Assembly: GCA_963655775.1 (NCBI GenBank)
Contig: CAVKFY010000087.1
Span: 260-64,259, forward strand
Source of the DNA: Alistipes communis
GTDB lineage: Bacteria > Bacillota_I > Bacilli_A > RFN20 > CAG-826
DNA length: 64,000 bases
Direction: 5' to 3'
Part shown: positions 1-7,142 of the stretch, piece by piece
How the letters are laid out: each line of letters starts with the position of its first letter
How positions within the stretch are numbered: position 1 is the stretch's first letter
The notes under the pieces: model-generated
What the model saw: only the letters and a program-made list of their open reading frames with translations
Told to the model about the DNA's origin: nothing
Database searches by the model: none
Position numbers and translations under genes: made by a program

Positions 1-1
1 T

Positions 2-1996
2 TATAATGCGTTGAAAAACAAGATAACCTATGTTCAAGGTCCTCCAGGAACAGGAAAAACTCAAACGATTTTTAATACTATATTGTCTGCTTACTTTGCA
101 GAGAAAACAGTATTAATTTCTACAAATAACAATCGTCCATTGGAAGGCATAATTAGTAAAATTGGATTTGCGTATCAAGGCAAACCAATTAATTTTCCTT
201 ACCTTAGATTAGGGAATTCTTTAAAAGTTAACGAAAGCATTCTTCGTATTAGAAAGATGCTTAAAGAAAATTTCGAGGATGTTCTTTCAGTAACAGAACT
301 AGATGAACTTAAAGCGAAAGTACTTTCTAGCAACAAAGAAGCAGTCCTCTCTCTTACTAACTATCAAAGAAGAAAAACAATAATTGAGAACCTATCATTT
401 CTCGACAAAGTTTCTTCTTTTGGAGCAAGGACAAACATTGTTAGCAAACAAAAAGCAAAATTAGAAGAAGAACTCAAAGAACTTCCAGAAAAAAGCGAAG
501 ATGAATTAATCTCTTCTTTCGTTTCTCTTAAAAACGATCAAGATGCAATGAAATATCTTTATTACTCATCGATAAATCATCTAAGAAAATTAAGAGGTAA
601 TCGTTATAAAGAATTCATGAAGATTATTTATGAGGAAGATGAGACCACTAGAAGAATGAAATTTAATTCTTATCTAAGTGATGATCGGAATATGGAATTA
701 CTTACAAATGTATTTCCAATTATTTTCACGACAAACATTTCTTCCGCAAGATTAGGCACGACAGACTTTCTTTTTGATTTAGTTATTATGGATGAAGCAG
801 GGCAAGCCGACATTGCTCATTCCTTATTGCCTTTATCTAGAGGAAAGGCTCTTTTGCTTGTTGGAGACGAAGATCAACTAACGCCAGTTGTTAATGTTGA
901 TGACAAAATGAATGAGGATTTGAAGGAGAAATTTGAAATTTCAGATGGATATGACTACCTTACAAATTCAATATTATCCACGATGAAAGAGGCGGATAAA
1001 GTAAGTAATAGAGTTCTTCTACGAGACCATTACCGTTGTGGGAAAAAGATAATCAATTTTAGTAACAAATACTTTTATCAGAACAAATTACGGTTGCAAA
1101 AAGACTTAATTTCAGGGGAATTGGAGTCACACGAGACAATCAACTATGTTAAAGCCCCACTTAAAAATCAGAATTTCCAAGAAGCAGAAAATATTGCCGA
1201 GTATTGTTTGAAATCAAATCTAACTGATTGTGCGATTATCACTCCATTTGTTAATCAAGCGAATCTTATAAATACTCTTTTAGAAAGAAAAGGGGTAAAA
1301 GGTGTCAAGGCATCCACAATCCATAGTGTTCAAGGCGATGAAAAGGAAACCATTATTATTTCAACCGGTATCTCTAAATATTCTAGCCAAGGTGCTCTTA
1401 AGTGGATACATTCTCATGGGGAGATTGCTAATGTTGCGGTCTCTAGAGCCAAAAAGAAACTCGTTGTTTTTTCCGATAAAGAAGCCTTAGCAAAAATAAA
1501 CACAGGTGATGACGTGTGGAATGAACTCGTTAGTTATTGCGATACAAACGGTAAATGCGAAGTGATTCCTCCAAATTATATGAATCTCAACATAGGAAAA
1601 TCTAATGGATCCCTTTCTGAAGATGAATTTTATGAAACTATAAAACAAATAGTATCTACAAAAAAGAGACTTAAATTAGTGAGAAACGTTCTTTTGAAAG
1701 ATGTATTAGGTGAAAAATATTCCTCCTCAACTCGGGAATTCGACTCTGTAATTTATGAGCATTCAATACTAGGAGGATATAAAGCAAAGATTGCTTTTGA
1801 ATTTGATGGTGGAGAACATTTTTCGGATGTAAAACGCATAAAGGCCGATCAAAACAAAAATGAAGCATGCCTTGAAGCTGGAATTCAGTTAATTAGGTTG
1901 CCAAATTCATATTCAAAAGATTATGAATTTTTGAAAAAATTAATCGAAGGATATAACAAAAATATCGATGATGCCGAGCAGTTATCTTTGTTCTAG
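2..1996 (+). CDS. Superfamily-1 (UvrD/Dna2-like, AAA_11/AAA_12) helicase fused to a C-terminal DUF559/Vsr-like restriction-endonuclease-fold domain. The 5' end is truncated by the window edge.
   Basis: Walker A GPPGTGKTQ, Walker B VIMDEAGQA, later helicase motifs HSVQGDEKE and VAVSRAKKKLVVF. The C-terminal ~110 aa (FEFDGGEHF...QLIRLP) is typical of DUF559/Vsr-like domains appended to defence helicases. The reading frame is open to nt 2. Confidence 0.7.
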   Translation, partial: YNALKNKITYVQGPPGTGKTQTIFNTILSAYFAEKTVLISTNNNRPLEGIISKIGFAYQGKPINFPYLRLGNSLKVNESILRIRKMLKENFEDVLSVTELDELKAKVLSSNKEAVLSLTNYQRRKTIIENLSFLDKVSSFGARTNIVSKQKAKLEEELKELPEKSEDELISSFVSLKNDQDAMKYLYYSSINHLRKLRGNRYKEFMKIIYEEDETTRRMKFNSYLSDDRNMELLTNVFPIIFTTNISSARLGTTDFLFDLVIMDEAGQADIAHSLLPLSRGKALLLVGDEDQLTPVVNVDDKMNEDLKEKFEISDGYDYLTNSILSTMKEADKVSNRVLLRDHYRCGKKIINFSNKYFYQNKLRLQKDLISGELESHETINYVKAPLKNQNFQEAENIAEYCLKSNLTDCAIITPFVNQANLINTLLERKGVKGVKASTIHSVQGDEKETIIISTGISKYSSQGALKWIHSHGEIANVAVSRAKKKLVVFSDKEALAKINTGDDVWNELVSYCDTNGKCEVIPPNYMNLNIGKSNGSLSEDEFYETIKQIVSTKKRLKLVRNVLLKDVLGEKYSSSTREFDSVIYEHSILGGYKAKIAFEFDGGEHFSDVKRIKADQNKNEACLEAGIQLIRLPNSYSKDYEFLKKLIEGYNKNIDDAEQLSLF

Positions 1997-2058
1997 ATTA
2001 TACGATCGCCTCTCTAATAGTACGGTATAATTATATTGCTCAAAAAAATAAGAAAACG

Positions 2059-2340
2059 TTTACTACTAGGACTAGTATGCTATATAATGTTTTTGTGGTA
2101 GGAGATAACCTCCCATATATGCGAAAAGGAGGGCATTACCCGAATGATCGCACGTTTGGGGGTTGGGTTTCTGATGGCGTCACTGGGTTTTACGGAGAAA
2201 CCGCCGTAGCTCAGATGGTGCGTATAAAAAGAATTCTAGCATGGCTCTTGAAGTGGTCGCCACTTCTCGCGCTTTTGCTAGAAATCCTAAAAGCATTTAT
2301 ATTGTAGCTTTATAATCTTTTGACGTCAAGGAGGCCCAAC
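2059..2340 (+). repeat. Copy 1 of a tandemly duplicated ~400-bp small-gene/sRNA module: promoter, 5' hairpin, SD, 21-codon ORF, conserved palindromic 3' element.
   Basis: TTTACT-N18-TATAAT (2059-2088). A block of 33 identical nt (atgcgaaaaggagggcattacccgaatgatcgc) is shared with copy 2. A conserved ~60-nt 3' element contains the perfect palindrome gaagtgg-tcg-ccacttc (2250-2266) inside ctagca...tgctag. Confidence 0.6.
2144..2209 (+). CDS. Candidate 21-aa hydrophobic small protein MIARLGVGFLMASLGFTEKPP (copy 1).
   Basis: ATG ~11 nt after a GGAGG core. The conserved N-terminus MIAxLG and C-terminus KPP* are shared with copy 2. Too short for homology-based confirmation. Confidence 0.3.
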   Translation: MIARLGVGFLMASLGFTEKPP

Positions 2341-2462
2341 CTCCACCACGAAGCACGAAAATATGAAATCTACAAGGAGTTGTGACGTTTTTTTCAAATG
2401 TCACGAAGAATAGTGATTCATTTTGTAGGTTGTCTAAAAACATTAGAAAAGTATTAAAATAA

Positions 2463-2762
2463 CTCGCAACTAGTACTAGTACGCTATATAATTTAGCCAT
2501 GACGGAGCAAAACCGTCTAACCTATGCGAAAAGGAGGGCATTACCCGAATGATCGCGCACTTGGGGACTAGACTTTCCAAGACTCCGACAGTATTCAGAG
2601 GGAAACCTCCGTAGTTACATAGTTTTTTAGCGATGCGTATTAAAAAAGTTCTAGCATGGCTCTTGAAGTGGTCGCCACTTCTCGCGCTTCTGCTGGAACT
2701 GATAAAAGCGTTCCTATTATAATTAATTAGCCTGTCGGAGTCAAGGGGGCCTAGCCTCCACC
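2463..2762 (+). repeat. Copy 2 of the tandem small-gene/sRNA module.
   Basis: The same promoter architecture (tataat 2487-2492), identical SD/start block, a 21-codon ORF and the conserved 3' palindrome (2636-2697). The -10 box and ATG are offset 404-405 bp from copy 1. Confidence 0.6.
2549..2614 (+). CDS. Candidate 21-aa small protein MIAHLGTRLSKTPTVFRGKPP (copy 2, polar core).
   Basis: Same length, same start context and same stop position (ccgTAG) as copy 1, but the central codons are very different. Confidence 0.3.
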   Translation: MIAHLGTRLSKTPTVFRGKPP

Positions 2763-2984
2763 ATGGTTAAAAAGCATATGAAAGATATAAGAAAAGAAAC
2801 AAATAGAAAAAGACGTTGGAATGAGAAAAACATTAAGAATGTAAAGGTCACTCTCAATGTTGGTTCTAATGAAAGAGATCAAGCTATTGCTACATTTTTG
2901 GATAACCAAGAAAACAAATCTGAAGCAATTAAGAAAGCTATTGATGAATACATGAAATTCTTAGCAGAAAACAGCAAGAATTAA
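2763..2984 (+). CDS. Small basic protein, possibly a ribbon-helix-helix (CopG/Arc-like) DNA-binding protein.
   Basis: 73 aa. A basic N-terminal tail (KKHMKDIRKETNRKRRW) is followed by VKVTLNV (beta-strand) and two predicted helices (ERDQAIATFLDN...SEAIKKAIDEYMKF). The start codon sits directly after the hairpin of repeat copy 2. Confidence 0.35.
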   Translation: MVKKHMKDIRKETNRKRRWNEKNIKNVKVTLNVGSNERDQAIATFLDNQENKSEAIKKAIDEYMKFLAENSKN

Positions 2985-3073
2985 TTTTTTCATATATTTC
3001 AAACTAAAATAATTAAGTCGGTTAAAAAACTATTTTTAACTTTCTATTTCCTGCTATATAATTCCACTTGAAG

Positions 3074-3994
3074 ATGTCGCCAGTGGTAATAGCTTTAATT
3101 ATTGTATTTTCCGTTTTAGCGTTCCTAGTTATCGCTTATTTTCTTATGTCTTTTCTTTTGGCTAGGTTCCTAACTCATCCAAAAAGATTTAAAAAGGATT
3201 TCACGCATAAAGTGGACGTAGACAAAGGCTTAATACCTGCAGACATGTCTTATTTGAAAAGAGAACCAGTATCCATAAAAATGAGTGATGGTTCTTATAT
3301 AAACGGAGATTTTTCACAAAATGGCGATAACAAGAAAATCGTGATAATTGCTCATGGTTATACTTGGGATAGAGAAGGTTCTTTGAAATATGCCCAGTTC
3401 TTTTTCAAACATGGATTTTCTATTCTGGTGTATGACGAAAGAGGACATGGAGAAAATAAAACGAAATTCACAACAATGGGTTTTAACGAAAGCAAAGACG
3501 TTATCGATATTGTTAAATACTGTCACCAAAGATTTGGTGGTGATGCAGTAGTTGGACTTCATGGTGAATCCATGGGCGCAGCAAGTGTTCTCCAATCTTT
3601 GAAATATCATCCAAATGTTTCTTTTGTTATCGAAGACTGCGGCTATTCATCGTTAAGGAAGCTTTTAATTCATAAAATGAAACAAACACACATTCCAACA
3701 TTCTTCATACATGGAGCAAATTTAATGTTAAAAGTTTTCTATAAGTTTTCCATGGAAGATGTTATTCCGATGAATGCATTGAAAGAAAGCGATGTTCCCT
3801 TACTAATTATTCATGGCAAGAATGATGATTTTGTTCCTCCAGATGAAGGAGAAGAAATTTATGAAACGAGAAAACAAAATTCGGACTTTCATCTTATTGA
3901 TGGAGCAAAACATGCGGAATCATATCAGGTAAATCCTCAAGCATATGAAGAGATATGCATGAGTTTTATAAATCACATTTTTGAAAGGAAATAA
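3074..3994 (+). CDS. Membrane-anchored alpha/beta-hydrolase (S9/BD-FAE-like esterase or peptidase).
   Basis: N-terminal TM helix; nucleophile elbow GESMG; downstream HGKND and GAKHAE consistent with an Asp/His catalytic triad. TATAAT directly upstream suggests a near-leaderless transcript. Confidence 0.65.
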   Translation: MSPVVIALIIVFSVLAFLVIAYFLMSFLLARFLTHPKRFKKDFTHKVDVDKGLIPADMSYLKREPVSIKMSDGSYINGDFSQNGDNKKIVIIAHGYTWDREGSLKYAQFFFKHGFSILVYDERGHGENKTKFTTMGFNESKDVIDIVKYCHQRFGGDAVVGLHGESMGAASVLQSLKYHPNVSFVIEDCGYSSLRKLLIHKMKQTHIPTFFIHGANLMLKVFYKFSMEDVIPMNALKESDVPLLIIHGKNDDFVPPDEGEEIYETRKQNSDFHLIDGAKHAESYQVNPQAYEEICMSFINHIFERK

Positions 3995-3996
3995 AA

Positions 3997-5511
3997 ATGG
4001 CAGATGAAAGACTACCTCTAAGAGAGGAAAAAGTTAAAACATCTAGTGCAGTTTGGCTAGGTGCAGCTAATGCTGGAACGGGACTATTGTGCGCGTTTGC
4101 AGAAGGCGCGGCGTTGCAATATCTCTTCGTTAACAAACTAGGATTAAACGAAACACTAAATATGATCGTATGGATCATCTTTGGCGTTTGGAATGCTGTA
4201 AACGATCCAATCTACGGTTTCTTAGCCGACAGGACTCATTCGAAATTGGGCCGCAGAATTCCTTGGATCAGATATGGCGCGCCAATCATGGCTGTTATTT
4301 ATGCGCTTATGTGGCTTCCAGCCTTACAAGGCAAGGGCATGAGCCAAGGTCTTCTCTTCTTTGAAGAACTTCTTGGATTATTCCTTTATGACCTTCTTTA
4401 TACTGCCATTGCTTCGGCTATATATGTCATGCCTTACGAAATGGCCGTTACAAACAAAGCAAGAAACAAAATATTCCTCTTCAATATTCTCTTCTCGCTT
4501 ATTAGTTATGGCGCTCCAATGATTTTGAATTCTCAATTAGATAAACTCATTGAACATAATGCCAACATCTTCCCTCTTATCATGGCTGGCATGGGCTTGG
4601 TATGTGGAGCAATCGTATTTATTTCAACCTTCTTCTATAAAGAGAATGGATATACGACTGAAGAAGAACAACCAAAGTTCTTTGAAGGCTTAAAACTTTG
4701 CTTAAAGAACAAACCGTTCTTATTATTTGAAGTTATTTCATGGACTGTTATTTTTGCTCAAAACGCCTTGATGGTCGGATTAACTTACGCCTCTGGTATG
4801 TGGGCAGTTGATGGTTCTCCAAACGGCTGGATTGGTGGAACATCAATAACAGTTTTATATGTGGCACTTGCTGTTGGGGTAATCGCAGGAATTATCTTCT
4901 TCAACTTCACAAGAAATAAATTGGGTCTTCGTACTGAGATGTTGATTCTTACTGGCGCGATGGGAACAGGATGCTTACTTGGCGCATTCTTAGGACAATA
5001 TTTCTATGTTTGTATCTTAACTTTCTTCTTATGTGGAATTGGTTTAGCTGGTGGCCTTTATTTGGTTCCTATGGTCAATGGCGATGTTATCGACAAAGAC
5101 GAAGTGGATAACGGAGCAAGAAGAGAAGGAGTCTATGCTGGCATCAACTCTCTTATCACCAAGCCAGCCGGATCTATTGCAACCGCTCTTTTCCCGTTGA
5201 TGATTGCATCACTTTATGGATTCGATAAGACTCTTACCAAACAAACAACAAGTGATATTACTGGAGAAGTTGTAGAAGTTATCGACTACGCTTCACAGAG
5301 CATGACAGCAAAGAATGGCTTATTCATGTGCTGGTTCTTAATTACTGGTATCTTACTTGTCCTTTCCTTCGTTGCAATGTGGTTCTACCCATTACACGGC
5401 AAGGAATGGGATGCTAAAAAGAAAGAACTTTCTGATAAGCATTTAGCCAAGCAGCAAGAATACGAACAAAAAATGTTAGCAGAAATTGCCAATAAAGAAT
5501 CTTCTAAATAA
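3997..5511 (+). CDS. MFS transporter, glycoside-pentoside-hexuronide (GPH) cation symporter family.
   Basis: 12 predicted TM segments. GPH signature LGRRIPWIRYG after TM2 and DxxYG motifs. Follows the hydrolase gene with a 2-nt gap. Confidence 0.75.
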   Translation: MADERLPLREEKVKTSSAVWLGAANAGTGLLCAFAEGAALQYLFVNKLGLNETLNMIVWIIFGVWNAVNDPIYGFLADRTHSKLGRRIPWIRYGAPIMAVIYALMWLPALQGKGMSQGLLFFEELLGLFLYDLLYTAIASAIYVMPYEMAVTNKARNKIFLFNILFSLISYGAPMILNSQLDKLIEHNANIFPLIMAGMGLVCGAIVFISTFFYKENGYTTEEEQPKFFEGLKLCLKNKPFLLFEVISWTVIFAQNALMVGLTYASGMWAVDGSPNGWIGGTSITVLYVALAVGVIAGIIFFNFTRNKLGLRTEMLILTGAMGTGCLLGAFLGQYFYVCILTFFLCGIGLAGGLYLVPMVNGDVIDKDEVDNGARREGVYAGINSLITKPAGSIATALFPLMIASLYGFDKTLTKQTTSDITGEVVEVIDYASQSMTAKNGLFMCWFLITGILLVLSFVAMWFYPLHGKEWDAKKKELSDKHLAKQQEYEQKMLAEIANKESSK

Positions 5512-5517
5512 AAAACA

Positions 5518-5550
5518 AAGCTCTCTTAATTCCATTAGGAGAGCTTTTTC
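5518..5550 (+). terminator. Rho-independent terminator.
   Basis: aagctctc-N13-gagagctt followed by ttttt. Confidence 0.6.
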
Positions 5551-5632
5551 TAACCTTACAAATTAAATGCCAACAGAATGTTCTTCGGGTTTAAAATCTA
5601 TGATATAAATTTTTGAAACGAGGAAGAAAAAT

Positions 5633-5953
5633 ATGAAACAAGAAACGATAGATAGAATTCATAAATTCATAAGCGATAGAGATTGGTCTAAATTCCATTC
5701 TCCAGCCAATTTAGCTAAAAGCATTTCCATTGAAGCAAATGAACTTTTAGAGTGTTTTCAATGGTCTGAAGACGATTATGATTTGGAGCACGTTAAAGAA
5801 GAACTAGCAGACGTCATTATCTATTCCAGAGATTTATTAGATAAGCTTGGTTTAGATGAAGATGAGATAGTTAACTCTAAGATGGAGAAAAACGAAAAGA
5901 AGTATCCAGTTGAAAAAGCCAAAGGTAATGCGACCAAATACACGGACCTATAA
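5633..5953 (+). CDS. MazG-like nucleoside triphosphate pyrophosphohydrolase (YpjD-type, single domain).
   Basis: EANELLEcFQW...EELADVIIY matches the MazG/NTP-PPase core helices. 106 aa. Confidence 0.7.
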   Translation: MKQETIDRIHKFISDRDWSKFHSPANLAKSISIEANELLECFQWSEDDYDLEHVKEELADVIIYSRDLLDKLGLDEDEIVNSKMEKNEKKYPVEKAKGNATKYTDL

Positions 5954-6083
5954 TTTAAATCAATAAAAATTCAAAAATCACCTATATTTCCCTCATATTT
6001 ACAACAAATAAAAAGTTGTTTTTAATGACATCTGCCCCTAAATCTCTATGTTAAAATATATTCATAGAGACAAAGGGGTTTTT

Positions 6084-7142
6084 ATGAAAATCATACATGC
6101 TGCAGATCTTCATTTAGGGTCTAAAATCGAGGCGAAATTAAAAAGAATTTCTGAAGAAAGAAAGATGGATGTCCGTAATTCTTTTATGCGTTTAGCGGAC
6201 TATGCCGAGAAACAAGATGTTCATATCATTCTCCTTAGTGGAGATGTCTTTGATTCGGATAGACCATTCAAAAAAGATAAAGACACCTTTTATTCTGTTA
6301 TTAAGCAACACCCTAATATTGATTTCCTGTATCTTCGTGGCAATCACGATACAGAAGAAAGTTACATTGAAGATATTCCTAATTTAAAAACATTTTCGAA
6401 TACCTGGGAAACATATATTTATGATAATGTTGCAATCTCTGGAATTGAGATATCAAAGGAAAATTATTCTTCTTTTTATGGCACGTTAAATCTTGATTCA
6501 AACATGATTAACGTTGTTATGTTACATGGTCAAATATCCGATTCGATTGGTTTAGATAAAATCAAGTTATCAAAGTTAAGAGATAAGAATATTGATTACC
6601 TTGCATTAGGACATATTCACTCATGTTCATTTGGGGAATTAGACAATAGAGGAAGATATGCTTATTCAGGTTGTTTAGAAGGTAGAGGCTTTGATGAATC
6701 TGGTCCTAAAGGATTCATCATCTTTGACTCAGAGAATAAAGATAAACAAACATTCATTCCATTTGCTAAGCGAACAATTAGAGAAGAAGATGTAGATATA
6801 TCTTCTCTAACAAGTATCCCTGAAATCGTTAAGAAAATAAAAGACACAGTTCATTTCCATGATCATCATGAAGACATATACCGCATTAATTTAATTGGAG
6901 ATGTCCCAGCAGAAACAGAATTTTCTGAGAAAGATATTGAATCCAATTTCCCAGACGTGTATTTCATAAACATTAAGAACCTAACAAAGCCATTAATCGA
7001 TCCTGAAAAATATAAAAACGATCTTTCTCTTAAAGGAGAATTCGTTAGAACTGTATATTCAAAAGAAGATCTTACGGATGATGAGAAAAGAAAGATTGTT
7101 TCTTTAGGATTAAAAGCACTTGAAGGAAGGGAGGTCAAATAA
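6084..7142 (+). CDS. SbcD/Mre11-like DNA repair exonuclease (calcineurin-like metallophosphoesterase, YhaO/SbcF-like).
   Basis: Phosphoesterase motifs IIHAADLHLG, LLSGDVFD, GNHD, MLHG and LGHIH. The preferred start is ATG 6084, downstream of aaagggg. Confidence 0.75.
   Translation: MKIIHAADLHLGSKIEAKLKRISEERKMDVRNSFMRLADYAEKQDVHIILLSGDVFDSDRPFKKDKDTFYSVIKQHPNIDFLYLRGNHDTEESYIEDIPNLKTFSNTWETYIYDNVAISGIEISKENYSSFYGTLNLDSNMINVVMLHGQISDSIGLDKIKLSKLRDKNIDYLALGHIHSCSFGELDNRGRYAYSGCLEGRGFDESGPKGFIIFDSENKDKQTFIPFAKRTIREEDVDISSLTSIPEIVKKIKDTVHFHDHHEDIYRINLIGDVPAETEFSEKDIESNFPDVYFINIKNLTKPLIDPEKYKNDLSLKGEFVRTVYSKEDLTDDEKRKIVSLGLKALEGREVK

Noticed and set aside
2190-2230. Possible hammerhead-ribozyme core (CUGAUGG...GAAAC) inside copy 1.
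   Set aside because: It lacks the CUGAUGA box, the GAAA is not positioned between helix II and III, and copy 2 diverges completely here. No ribozyme-consistent secondary structure is apparent.
2077-2307. 76-aa ORF (MLYNVFVVGDNLPYMRKGGHYPNDRTFGG...) spanning repeat copy 1.
   Set aside because: It reads through the promoter, hairpin and SD in a frame that is not conserved in copy 2, and its C-terminal part is the translated palindromic 3' element. The conserved 21-codon frame behind the SD is the better candidate.
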